Notes: a model not told the origin generated them from the letters alone. DNA of 64,000 bases from Neoconidiobolus thromboides FSU 785 (GCA_025603075.1 MU626372.1:1-64000), one strand, 5' to 3'. Counted from the first letter of the stretch, positions 1 to 11,790 are shown. Translations and numbers: made by a program.

Positions 1-19
1 AGATAATAAAGATAATGAA

Positions 20-1843
20 TTAAATGCGGTAAACTTTGGCTTCAGGTAAAACTGACTCCCATTGAGTTTGAGTTTTAAGCCAATCGAATAATATGTTATA
101 TATACAATTGCAATTATCCGGCTTGCTATAATTCGAGCAGTATTTAGCAATACGTTTACGAACTATACTTGCTTCGATTTTATCTCCAACCAAAATATCT
201 TCGCTACTATATTCGTCATGAATATAACATTTATTAATCCCTGAATATTTTTTAGGTGTTAAATCCACATTTGCAAATAACTTCGAAGCACTAATTAAAG
301 GAGATTCCAACTTACTATAAGCAACTAATGGTGATACTAATCCTGAAACATAACGTGGTGAAGCTAGAGTTCCAAGAGCCCAGCCCAATAAAAGATATAC
401 AACATAATCTGGAAAGTAACCATTGATAACAGCATCAATCCATACTGCAATTGGACAAAAACCTTCACGACGTAAAATATAAGCAATATTAAGCCCATCT
501 CCAGTTATACTATCATCTACCTCTTGCCATAAATCATGTGATAATGTAACCAAGATCCCGATTAAATTGATAGATTCTACATCATCACTTAATTCAGGAT
601 GATTAAATGCTAAAGCACAAGTCACACCAAAACCGCCAGATACCCTTGATCTTAAGAATGCAGCACTAGGAGCATTTAATAATTCTCGAGTTAACTCAAC
701 CGATCTACCCCCAACAAATTTACGCATCAAAATAGAAAAAACCTGTGGTAGCCATAACAATTTATCTGCATTTAATGAATCTTTTAGTTTCTCAAAAAAA
801 AGATTGGTACTAATCCAACCTGCATAGAAATGGGAAAAATCAGTAGTACCATAAACTGTATTTGCTTCTTGAGCAGTATATAGGATCCAAGCAGAAGACA
901 AGAAGTCAATGAGAGACATATCACAGCCGCGGAACGCCAATACAGAGAATGGGTATGTGGCGTCAAATAGGTCACTGTTTTTAAGAATTTTATAACAGTA
1001 GTTATCGCCTAAATATGTATCATGAAATATCATTTCCTTGACTCTTTTCTTCTTCTTCATACGAGAATCATCGCCATCTTTAGGTAATTTTCCTGTGGTC
1101 CCATGGATTAGGGAAGCTATAGTGGCTAACTTATTTGTATTTCCACCTATAACATGGTCTGACATCTCATAAAGGTACTCGATTTCCTTCTTATAATTGT
1201 TGAAATCAAAGCTATTTTCTGCTAACGATAAATTAGATGGTGTTATATTTCTCTCATATCTAGTATAGCTATTATCATCAACTAGCACTTCGGTTAATAA
1301 CTTCTTGATAGGGATATTCCAGTTCAAAGAATCTTTGTTAAAGGTAGACATCATCAATATAGACAATGCATCACCTTCAATAGTTGAAACAACAAAGCTC
1401 AAAAAAGCATCTGGATTGTTGCTATCATTTCGAAATAGCATTGATACATTATTCGTGCCATGGTGATTCCTATTTACCATAAAGTTATCTCTTATTAACC
1501 ATTTCAACCTGTTTTCACTCCAAGACAAAGTTTTCCATGGAAGCTCTTCCTTTGTTATTTCTAGTTGATCAAGATCAATTCCATCACATATCTTTAAGTG
1601 TTGTAAGATATTGTTATAGGTATAAATTTGATCATTATTTAAGAATAATTGACATTTGTTGCAAGTAATCTTTGGAATAGTTTGATTCAATAGAACTCTA
1701 GTATGGTCATCAAAATTTCCTATATTACTACAATCTATTGTCAATATATTAGATTTGTTATAATTCAAATAAATTGATCTAAAGCTGAAAGTGGTATTAA
1801 GTTTATATTTTAAAGGTAATATATCGATGGTCCCATTCAACAT
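20..1843 (-). CDS. 607-aa intronless orphan protein; C-terminal half has class I terpene-cyclase-like motifs (tentative), N-terminus has a C-x2-C-x17-H-x3-C motif
   Basis: Long ORF with coding-like composition in AT-rich DNA. Motifs FLRSRVSGG (aa ~396-404), HDLWQEVDD..GDGLNIAYIL (aa ~436-457) and GWALGTLASPRY (aa ~487-498). The CDS is confident; the product assignment is weak. Confidence 0.75.
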   Translation of the reverse strand: MLNGTIDILPLKYKLNTTFSFRSIYLNYNKSNILTIDCSNIGNFDDHTRVLLNQTIPKITCNKCQLFLNNDQIYTYNNILQHLKICDGIDLDQLEITKEELPWKTLSWSENRLKWLIRDNFMVNRNHHGTNNVSMLFRNDSNNPDAFLSFVVSTIEGDALSILMMSTFNKDSLNWNIPIKKLLTEVLVDDNSYTRYERNITPSNLSLAENSFDFNNYKKEIEYLYEMSDHVIGGNTNKLATIASLIHGTTGKLPKDGDDSRMKKKKRVKEMIFHDTYLGDNYCYKILKNSDLFDATYPFSVLAFRGCDMSLIDFLSSAWILYTAQEANTVYGTTDFSHFYAGWISTNLFFEKLKDSLNADKLLWLPQVFSILMRKFVGGRSVELTRELLNAPSAAFLRSRVSGGFGVTCALAFNHPELSDDVESINLIGILVTLSHDLWQEVDDSITGDGLNIAYILRREGFCPIAVWIDAVINGYFPDYVVYLLLGWALGTLASPRYVSGLVSPLVAYSKLESPLISASKLFANVDLTPKKYSGINKCYIHDEYSSEDILVGDKIEASIVRKRIAKYCSNYSKPDNCNCIYNILFDWLKTQTQWESVLPEAKVYRI

Positions 1844-3799
1844 TTTAATTTAAGTATAAAATTTATAACCAAAAGATGTGTTTTTATTATATTTACTTTC
1901 CCTATTTAAATTTCTTGAAATGAAGGGAGCTTTTCATACTAACTTAAGATACAGGACACATCTACTTCATTAGGTATACAAATGAAAATAAAAGAAGTGA
2001 CCCAAAAACTTGTTTTATTAATATTTACATTTGGTTTAACCTATATTATGAAAAACAAAGTATGTACCATTAGATCAACTGGTCATATATTTATATTTAT
2101 TTATTTTTTATCATTTATCAATCTTGTTATCATTCTGGTTTTGTAATTTTATATTTATAGTAATTTTAGTATAGAATTTCATTTATAAAATAAAAATACT
2201 ATCAAAAGGCAACGAACTAGTTACTAACAATGTATTATAAATTAATTTATATAACAATGATAATATTTATGTTCAGGACAACGGGAAGCATAATGAAATA
2301 AGCTAAGCGACATACTGATTTTATTAACTATTAAATAAATTAAGTTTCAAGGGACCGAATTTCTCCCTTATGAAAAAGTAACTGTTTAAAGATAATTATC
2401 GAATTATCCTCTATTTATCCATCATTAATTTCGAGGTTTTTAAGACTCGGTTTATTTTATCCCCTTTCAATTATAAGTATGATGGTTACTATGTCAGTCA
2501 TGGAACTATAAACTGTCCAAAAAAGATAGCAATGATAAATCCTGTATGAATTTTTTTAAAAATTAGTTCAAGATCTCTATGACTTGAGATTTATTATCCT
2601 TATTATTTTATGTACGTTTATTACAAAATCAAATCTAAATCTGGATTTAAATTTACTTTTATAATATTGTTTTATAGCATTTTAATGTTAAAGCATAAGT
2701 AACGAAGCCCAATTCGATTTACTATATTTATTAGCTTAGTTATATAAATAATATCATCAAATTAATATATTATAGTTATATAAAATAACATTGATAATTT
2801 AATATAATATTTGAGCGAGATGTTATTACCTTTTTTTAATCTTTATAACTACCACCCCTTACTGTCATCGGTTTTTATAACATAAGTAATTAAATCTTTG
2901 TAAATAAAGCTGGTTTTATGGGTTATTTATAAACATTTTTTATTCTATTTTAAGTAGTTACTTTAATAAATTTAATATGCGTTCTTAAAACAGTGGATGA
3001 ATGTGATATGTATAGTATCAAAACCTCAAGTTGGAATTTCTATTTTTGAAACTATGTCATGTAGAAGACTAACAATGAACTTTTTATAAATTAGGATCCA
3101 TAAATTAAATGAATTTTCCAAACATAACTTAGTACTACTTGTAATTAAGAATAACCCTTGTAGAGACAATCGATATATGGTTTAGGTTGATTTAAATGAA
3201 GATTGATGTATTAATAAAACTAAACCAACGATATAAATAGATTATTAAAACATAGTAACATAACATTAACATCCCTTAAACTAGAAACTCCTGTATATAC
3301 TAATAATATTAACGGTTATAATATTATTAGTAACTAAAAGGATGAGGTTGTTTAATTCCCCAAATCAGGTATTACCACAGTACCTTACTATCTTGATTTA
3401 AAATTAAGGTTAAATATAGTACTAAAATAAAAAATTAACAATGTATTTAATCACTATTACTTGATAATTTTCCATACGGTTCATTCACACAGCTTTTTAG
3501 TATTTTAATGTAAATTTAACACTATAAGATATTATTTAATATAGTTTTACATTATAGACATTATTAAAATAGCAGTTTAGTGGATTGTGTTTAATGTGTA
3601 GATAAATACTACCTTCAGAGCTGGGTTTTGTAATACGTTTAAAGGGTGTAGATGTAAACCGCATCCCCTTTCAAGAAGGCCATATTTTAAAATAAAATAA
3701 AATAAAATAAAAATATTATACACCTTAAAACCTAATATAAGAACAAAAACAGGTAAATAAGAAGCTTCTAGTTTGGTTGAAATTTATAAGGAAGATCAA

Positions 3800-4880
3800 C
3801 GCTTCAGAGCATTCAAGTTTTCTAACATTTTCAAAGAATAACAACTTACTTGTTCCGTCTTTTTCTATGAGTATGCCCATGCTTGCCTCCAGACCTTATG
3901 ATAGAAGCTATTTGCTTATTCATGGTCTTTCAAGGTAAGACTACATTCCTATTTGGCTTTTAGGGTTGTTAAATAAAATGACTATCATATGATAGTGTGA
4001 TATTTCTAACCATTTTATAAATTAAGATCATTAAGTCCAGTCAGAAATTAATTGATTAATTTGAGCTTTTGTTATAATTCTATTACTAATAGCATTGAAA
4101 TCATATTTAAATTAATAAAAAATAGAAAAAAAAATTTATTAACTAAAATAGGTGATTATACGAAAGAAATTAATACGAGATTACTGCTAAAAATAAATAA
4201 ACATTAACAATCGATTGTACCCTCCCTTAAACTAAAATAAATCTAAAGTTTAGACCAGTCGATTTTTGAAATTTTATTTTTTCAAAATTCGAATATTCTA
4301 AAAGAATTATTGGTTGAAATTAAATGAAGATACAGATCTAAAACCAAAGTTAAATATTCAATTATTAATTTTCTAAATAAATAATACTAGCTTAAAGCCT
4401 GCTTTAGACTACTAAGTTAAGAAATTTAAACTTTTAATTATCGTTTTAATAATTTGTATTCATCTTTATTCCTAATTCAATATTATCTACATCTGGCGAT
4501 GTATTTTTGTGTTTAAGAATTTTACTAACAATTTTTTGCTCAAACAGTGCTTAAAAGACGGAAAAAGTAATAAAGCCAAAAAGACACCCCATCTCCTTTT
4601 ATATTTACATATTTTTTTGAAAAGAAAGTTAATGTGTTTTTGCACTATACTATTTTGCCACTCTTCCCAAATTTGTTGATCTTATATCGACCTTTTTGGC
4701 CATCTACATAGTCTGTACTATTCATTATAATTTTACAACCAGTATTATGTATCTCTTATGGTTTTTCCACTATACAAATGCTAGTGGTGTAGCAGGACAA
4801 ACTCTTTTATAATGAGTTTGTATACTTCTACTAAGGAACTAGACATACCCCAAACCAACTGTTAGATCCCCAAGTAATAT
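3800..4880 (-). mobile_element. possible heavily decayed LTR-retrotransposon integrase relic, interrupted by a MITE
   Basis: Minus strand gives HLYSGKTIRDT*YW...CRWPKR (H2C2-like) near 4690-4790 and NPKA(N)..VE-like sequence near 3945-3970, with stops and frameshifts. By-eye resemblance only. Confidence 0.25.
4495..4590 (+). mobile_element. ~98-bp MITE family copy
   Basis: Termini GGCGATG...CACCCC; direct 4-bp flank ATCT/ATCT. Confidence 0.85.
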
Positions 4881-5177
4881 GTTATTCTTCAATTTTTAAA
4901 ATTATACCCATCGTTCATTTCTTTTAAGTCTTTGAATTTTAGTATCTAAGCCCCATACATTTTTGAAGTTTTAATTTTAATAAAAGACCTTTCAAGTGCT
5001 TTTATACAGAAGAAAAAAGTAGAATAAATGAATATAAAAGTTAATTAGCAGAATAAAGTAAAATGAGAGTTATAAACGGAGAAAAAAGGAGATATAGTTA
5101 TTAGAGTATTAGACAAGATTTAAATTTTTGTTTTATACCTTCATTTTTAAAGCTTTGGTATTTAATTTAAAACAAAC

Positions 5178-5273
5178 GGGGATATGCTTTTTTGCCCAAA
5201 AGTTATTGACAATTTTTCCACTCGAATAGCACTTAAGAAATGGAAAAAGTAATGAAATCAAAAAAAGTATCTC
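5178..5273 (+). mobile_element. MITE family copy (diverged)
   Basis: GGGGATA...tttttccactcgaatagcacttaagaaatggaaaaagtaatgaa...; no clean TSD. Confidence 0.75.
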
Positions 5274-5483
5274 ATCTCTTCAAATTGATAATTTGAAAGA
5301 ATTATAGTATATTTGATGTTACTTTGCAGTTAATAATAATTTCATAAAAAACTTTGAAGTATAAATTAATTAAAAACCTATAATAATAATAAGCAATGCT
5401 TTTAACTGTAAAAATTAAGAATATATATTATAACAACATAATATTAATTAATTTAATTCAATTTAATTTAATATATGAATAGT

Positions 5484-6247
5484 TTACATAATTTTACATT
5501 CTTTTTTAAACTTATTTAAAGTAATAAAATCAAATAAAAAATTAGATAAATTATCAATATCCTCCAATTTCTTATTTGAGATTTGAAAATATCCTAAGGC
5601 ACCTAAAGATCGAGCCATATTCCAACCCTAAGAAATAAAGTTATTAGTTATTTGTTATTTAATAATTGTAGTTATGAATTACTTGGGCTATTGTAATCCT
5701 ATGATCTAAATTCATATTTAAATCGGAATGAGTACCAATTAATATTAATTGACAATTCTTTAACTTTTTATAAATTATTGATAATAAATTATTTCTTAAA
5801 ATCAATAAACTTTCTGGCTGACATATATTAAACACTCCAAGTACTATTTTACTATCATTCACTCCTAAATGTAAAAATGTTTCATATTCTTTTTTTCCTA
5901 TTGTATTTGATTAACTTGTATCTTTTTATTATAGAATAAAGCCTACCGCTAATATCCCATATATGTACTACTTTGGAATTGGAAGAGTATTTATTCACTG
6001 TATATTGTACTCGATAAAAGATTTCTTCATCTGAACTCTATAATATTAGATAAAATTTTGTTTTAATAGTACATAAAATACAAATAGTTACCAATTTGAC
6101 ATGTTCTCCTTTGGTCAAATTATTCAATAAATTAGTTTTACCCACTCCAGAAGTACCCAGCATACAAATTTTAATAATCTTTTGTTTTTTATTGATTTGT
6201 TCATTATAACTTTCAATACGATTATCATTTTCTAAAAAGCGTATCAT
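5484..6247 (-). CDS. atypical Rho/Ras-superfamily small GTPase, 4 exons, ~201 aa, ends in CaaX (CKIM)
   Basis: Splicing three GT-AG introns joins GTSGVGKT (P-loop), WDISGKKEY (G3), LIGTHSDL (G4) and a polybasic KFKKECKIM* end in one frame. Confidence 0.8.
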
Positions 6248-7472
6248 AATTATAGAAATAGAAAGAGTTGTATATCTTGTTATTAATTTTAAAAGATGAA
6301 AATAAATAAATTAAAAAATATTAAAAATAGTTTAAAAAGCCCTTAATATTAGTTTTATAAAAAGAATAATATTTTGTAATCACGTTGATTGGAGAGATAA
6401 AAGCAAATCGATGTCAATTAAAATCCAATAATATGACTATTGCATTTCTTTTTTGATTTAGTTATTTGTTCATTTCAAAAAAAGCAATATTATATTTGAT
6501 CAGAATACAGCGATTATGTATTAAGAAATCAGTTAGATAAATATATAATTATAAAAATCAATGCTAAAGAAGCCACAAATAACTTTTAATAACTGTAAGT
6601 TGATCAACTTGTCAAATAAAATGAAAAAGCCCTACTTTTATTGGCGTCAATTGAAGCAAATAACTTTTTAAATTTTAGGTTTAAGTAACACGAATCTTAG
6701 TTTCTTTTTTTATGGTGGAAATTTATCTTTATTGAGTAAAATTGAAGCTTGGTTCACTTACATGGGGGTTCGTAATTCTAATCTATTAGTGAATTTTTTG
6801 TACCCATTTTGTTTTCAATTGCTAAAAAATTCAGGAGATACTAAAAAACATGTTCAGTTTAGCTAATTAGACTGAATAACTATAATAAAAGCTAGAATAA
6901 TTTTTTATTAAGTAATCATATAAAATCTAATTAATTATATAATCTAGAATAATCCCAAAATTGCATTATGGATTATATATTTTTCATCTAAAACTTTTTA
7001 TATTGTTACAGCTTTATTATGATTTTATTGGCAGTTCATTTAAGAATAAATTTTTTATTGAAATCACAGGAAAAGTAAAGATTAGTTTTAAAAAAGCCAA
7101 AAAAGATATAACTAGGTCTAAAAATTACTATAAATTAAGTCACAATAGAGTTGTAACAGCTATACGCTAAAGCTAAATTTCATCATTTCAAATTCAGGGG
7201 TAGATTTCAAATTAGCCAACCCACCCAAAACTAGACTAAATTTTTAGCAAAAAATTATCAAACTAATAAATTATATCTTACCACCCTAATAAAACTAAGT
7301 TAAACAAAAGAATAACGACACTCCATAAAACCCAATATTTTACTTAAAAATAACACAACTATTTTTAAAATGAAGTATAAAAAGAAGTATAATTGCAGTC
7401 TCAATTACAATAAAAAAATAAGTATCTAACCAACTAATCCTACTTAATTCCCTAATTTTCATTCAAAAAAAG

Positions 7473-7991
7473 ATGAACTATCAATTAATTTTACTTACTT
7501 TGATTTCCATAATTAAAGCTAATGACTATAATAACAATGATATCCAAATTACTGTAAAGAGTCCAACTAATTATATCCCTACCGTCAACACTCCCGGTTA
7601 TTCTTCTGGTCCAAGTGCTCCAAACACTAACACTCCACCAATCAATGCACCAGGCTATTCACAAGGTCCAAGTGCCCCCAATACTAATACTCCACCTATT
7701 AATTCTCCTGGTTATTCTTCCGGCCCTAGCTCACCAAGCAATTATATCCCACCAGTTAATACTCCAGGTTATTCTTCAGGTCCAAGTGCCCCCAATACTA
7801 ATACTCCACCAATTAATACACCAAGTTATTCACAAGGTCCAAGTGCTCCCAAAGATTATATACCAATTATTAGTGCCCCAGGATATAGTAATTCTCCAAG
7901 TAGTCCAAACACCCCTAATTCTCCAAATGCTCCTAATAATTATATTCCTATTATTGCCCCACCTAGTTATAAATCACCAGTTTATTATTAA
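7473..7991 (+). CDS. secreted Pro/Ser/Asn-rich tandem-repeat protein (cell-wall/extensin-like)
   Basis: Signal peptide MNYQLILLTLISIIKA; ~19-aa repeats of (NYIP/NTNTP)PxNxPGYSxGPSAP; AATAAA downstream. Confidence 0.8.
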   Translation: MNYQLILLTLISIIKANDYNNNDIQITVKSPTNYIPTVNTPGYSSGPSAPNTNTPPINAPGYSQGPSAPNTNTPPINSPGYSSGPSSPSNYIPPVNTPGYSSGPSAPNTNTPPINTPSYSQGPSAPKDYIPIISAPGYSNSPSSPNTPNSPNAPNNYIPIIAPPSYKSPVYY

Positions 7992-8651
7992 GGAATAAGG
8001 ATTTGGTATTAATAAAACTATTTATTGAAAATATAAGTGGTAACCAATTTAGTTATTTTTTTAAGTTTATAATTTTAAAAGCTTATTGTAGCCATTTTAA
8101 TATTATTAAATTATCTTCATAATATTAAAAATTAATAATTAATAATAAATTCTATTTTCTCTCTCTTAATAGATTTGACACCTTGTTAGCTATAATAAAG
8201 AATAAAAACACTTAAATCACATAGCTTAAGCAATTGAGGTATTAATGGGATGTGATTGAAAGGAAAGGTTGAATTCAACTAATTACTACCTTTGATAACA
8301 CCAGAGTGACTTAGTGAAGTCCAATTTCTTTCCTCTCTCTTGAAACTTTCTCATTGAGCAGTAATAGACACAAATTGAAAGAAGCAACAAGATTATAGGA
8401 TTCTATTGAAAAGCTGGCTCTATTTTTATTTCTAAACTATATTTCAACTTAACTTCTATTATTAATTTTATTGAAAACAAAATTATTAGTCTATCTTATC
8501 CAAGCTTAAAAATATTAAGAATACAATGAAAATAATAAAAAGTCAAAAATAAAATGATTAATTAAAGTTCATTCTAAATAATAAGTAATTTTTTTATTAA
8601 TACTTAATCGATATGCTAGAAATATTGAATACATTTTTTTATAAAAATTAG

Positions 8652-8993
8652 TTATGAATGATAAGTAGCCACTACACTTTTACCTCCATTACCATCGTCA
8701 TAAACTTGAACATCAGGTTGAATATTACCACTACTATAAACCACAGTATTAGAGTAGCCACCATTGTTATCCGTTTTACTATTAGAGTAATCCACTTTTA
8801 ACCCTCCGTTGTTACCATTAGGAACGTAGGCTCTATTGAGTGTATTAAATTGTTGATTGAACCCATTTTGAATTTGATTTTGAATTTGAGAAGCCATAGC
8901 ATTGAACTGAGTTTGATAATCGATTGTTGGGGGAGCTAAATAAGAGGATAGATAAAGGGGGAGATTAACAATGAGGAGAGAACCGAATTTCAT
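8652..8993 (-). CDS. small secreted Asn/Gln/Gly-rich protein (~113 aa)
   Basis: ATG at 8993 gives hydrophobic leader MKFGSLLIVNLPLYLSSYLA; coding-like composition. Confidence 0.65.
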   Translation of the reverse strand: MKFGSLLIVNLPLYLSSYLAPPTIDYQTQFNAMASQIQNQIQNGFNQQFNTLNRAYVPNGNNGGLKVDYSNSKTDNNGGYSNTVVYSSGNIQPDVQVYDDGNGGKSVVATYHS

Positions 8994-9359
8994 TCTTGTA
9001 TTAGTTTGTAATAAATAAATAATAATTTTAATAATTGTTAAGTTCAACTTTTTGTTGAATTTTCGCTATTTATATCTTTTCTTTACTTACTAGTTTCTCC
9101 CCCCTTAATCGATAAGTTTTTTTAACCATTTTCTTTTGCTAGAACAGCAAAAATTTGGTTATTTTTTTGGCATAAAGATGGGTAAAATAGTTGGAGTCAA
9201 CTCCAATCAATTAACGGAGTTTAAAAATTGATTGGAATTATGTTTAATTTTATATTAACCTCCTCATTGTATTTTTCGCCTAATATTGAACTTTAAAATA
9301 AATTCTGGATACTTAAATCTATATTCACCCATCTAATTTTAAACTAAAATTTAACATTA

Positions 9360-9452
9360 GGGGTATTCTCTTTTAGTTTCATCGCTTTTTTCATTTTTTA
9401 AGCACTATTTAAGTGGAAATTTTTTTAATAAATTCTTAAACAAATAAACCCC
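9360..9452 (-). mobile_element. MITE family copy (diverged)
   Basis: Reverse-orientation core ttttttcattttttaagcactatttaagtggaaa...aaattcttaaac. Confidence 0.7.
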
Positions 9453-10162
9453 TAATAATACCTTAGGTATTCATATTAACGTTATAAATAATCTATTTGC
9501 TCTTTTATATACAATAAAATTGTTACAAAAAGCTTCAATTATATAAAATAATTGTTTATTTTAGTTGGTAATGATTGTTTAATCTCCTTTATTTAAGAAG
9601 TCTAAGAATATAAAATATAAAACATTGTCTTAAGATAATAAAATAGTCACCATAAAAGTAGTATAATGATTTAGGTTTAGAATCATAAAAGAACTGGAAG
9701 CTTTCTATATAAGCTTTTTTTAAGTAGTTTATTTGAGTTTATTCATTAAAAAGTAAGACTTTGTTTTGATAAATAATGAATAGAACTAAAAGGATGATAT
9801 TATTGATTTAATTAAATTTATTCAAAACGGTAATTTTTTTTTTCAAATGTTTGGTATCAATTAACTAAATTTCGGGAATTTTTGTTCAGTTCCAATAATT
9901 TTTTAATGAGAAAAGATTGAATTTTTGTACTATATAGATGTATTTTTTCATTATCATTTTTTATTAATAAAATTTTTAGTTTTAAAATTATATCTTGTTT
10001 TCATTAGTTTAAATAGTTTGAAAATTGGTTGACCTTTAGCTTGAAAAAACAATTAATATAAAGCGTTTACTTTAAATACTTGTATCAAGAAAAAACGATA
10101 TCTAATATTTAAAAAAATATTAAAAAACTTAAATAATAGACTAAATAAACAAATAACCATAT

Positions 10163-10260
10163 GCGGATGTATTTTTACATTTAAGAATTTTACTAACAAA
10201 TTTTCCACTCAAACAGCGCTTAAAGATGGAAAAAGTAATGAAGCCAAAAGAAACATCGCC
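10163..10260 (+). mobile_element. MITE family copy, followed by a partial reverse copy (10266-10297)
   Basis: GCGGATGTATTTTT...AAACATCGCC matches family consensus. Confidence 0.85.
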
Positions 10261-10412
10261 AAGCGTTAGTGAAATTCTTATATAAAAATACACCCTCATG
10301 TATATTATATAAATCCATTTTTTTTGCTGCATTTTTAAAATTGTTAAAATACATCCCCGTATTAATTTCTATTTATGTTAAATTCAAAACTTTTACATTT
10401 ATTAAAAAGACA

Positions 10413-10514
10413 GGTGGATGTTTTTTTTTGATTTTATTACTTTTTCCATCTTTTAAGTGCTGTTTGAGCGGAAAGATTGTTGATGAAATTATTAAATCTA
10501 AAAACATATCCCCC
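10413..10514 (-). mobile_element. MITE family copy
   Basis: Reverse-orientation consensus match. Confidence 0.8.
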
Positions 10515-10745
10515 TATACTGAAGCTATAGTTGATAACAATGGTATTTGTCGGTTTTTATTTTCCATTTTTTAAGTATTGGTTTTATATATCGTTTGACT
10601 AATTGATACTATTAGTAGTAAACTTTAATAATATGTCTTTTTATTTTGTTATAGAACCCTATAAAGATTGTATTATTATAGATAGTTGTTGAGATTAATA
10701 TAAATGAATTACAATGTTTATATAGTGTGTTTCTCCTTATTATAT

Positions 10746-10844
10746 GGGGGTGTTTTTTTTGGTTTCATTACTTTTTCCATCTCTTAAGCACCATTTGAGC
10801 GAAAAAATCGTTAATAAAATTCTCAAACGCAATGAAACATCACC
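10746..10844 (-). mobile_element. MITE family copy
   Basis: Reverse orientation; ATAT/ATAT flanks. Confidence 0.85.
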
Positions 10845-11122
10845 ATATTAAGATTTTAAAAAAATTCTGTTTTAAAGTTTAGTTATAAAAGTCTGCATTT
10901 TGTTTTTATTTTAACAAAAAATGAAATAAAATAATAGTATGTTTATATGCTATACATCTATTAAGAACTTAATAGAAATGATACAAAGCATATAATTAAA
11001 AAAATCAGTTATTTAAAATAAACAATTAAAATAAGTTTTTCAAGTTAAAATTTTTTGTATTTAATTTTAAACTTCTTAAATTCAGCTAATCACATATTAA
11101 AGATTTATAAATTTCAATAAAT

Positions 11123-11220
11123 GGGGATGTATTTTTGTATTTAAGAATTTTACTGACAATTTTTCCACATAAATAGCGCTTAAAAAATGGAAAAATAATG
11201 AAACTAAAAAAAACAGCCCC
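11123..11220 (+). mobile_element. MITE family copy
   Basis: GGGGATGT...CAGCCCC; non-palindromic TSD AAAT/AAAT. Confidence 0.9.
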
Positions 11221-11249
11221 AAATTCTCAAATCAATTCAAACATTCCCA

Positions 11250-11790
11250 CATTTTATTAAATAATAGTCGAATTTCAATTAGTTATAAATATAGTTTATT
11301 TAAAATAATAATAACAATAGCTAGATTGAGAGTAAAAAATAAATAGAAATAGAAATAGAACTATCATCAGGACACTTAAGGATATCATTAAATCAGTAAG
11401 ATAAACGCTAAATTATATCAAAATCACATTGACTAAGAAATGATTATTTGGCAATAAAAGGAGTTAAACTAAGCTTTAGAGTATATTCAAAATTATTATT
11501 AGAACCTTTGAAGCCTTTTATCAGCATACTATCGAAATCAAGTAAACTATCTTTCTTTCGGTGCTCAAATCCCTTTATTTCATAGTTCAAATCCCCCAGA
11601 TTACAGGACGATAAAAGCATTGAGCTCCATTTATCAAATCTATATGATTTTTTTCTCCAGATCATTTTGATTATTCATTAAGAAAATTAAATTTTACTAA
11701 AAATTAATTTTTTAAGCTAAATACATAAATATATATACTATTATTACTATCACTGTCATTATAATATAATTCTTTAAGCAATTATGACCA
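11250..11790 (-). repeat. left arm of ~540-bp inverted duplication (partner 18040-18570)
   Basis: Reverse complement aligns with 18040-18570; 3' part nearly identical. Confidence 0.9.
11444..11665 (-). CDS. 73-aa protein with C-terminal YTLKLSLTP motif (paralog of 18153-18374)
   Basis: ORF conserved in the inverted duplicate; terminal motif shared with the ORFs at 19556 and 36926. Confidence 0.6.
   Translation of the reverse strand: MIWRKKSYRFDKWSSMLLSSCNLGDLNYEIKGFEHRKKDSLLDFDSMLIKGFKGSNNNFEYTLKLSLTPFIAK

Noticed and set aside
20-1843. Lack of introns as evidence of horizontal transfer of the orphan gene
   Set aside because: Native genes here (PHO85, MIR1, GH72) are also intronless
10141-10574. 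ORFs overlapping MITE copies (also 25597, 25758, 34981, 55425, 62141)
   Set aside because: Translate AT-rich MITE/intergenic sequence with no conserved frame or motif
11123-11131. MITE terminus GGGGATGTA and core CTCAAAT..GCGC resemble the 5' end of tRNA-Ala (SINE origin)
   Set aside because: Same sequence is mirrored at the other end as a TIR; no B-box or poly-A tail; a TIR element explains it better
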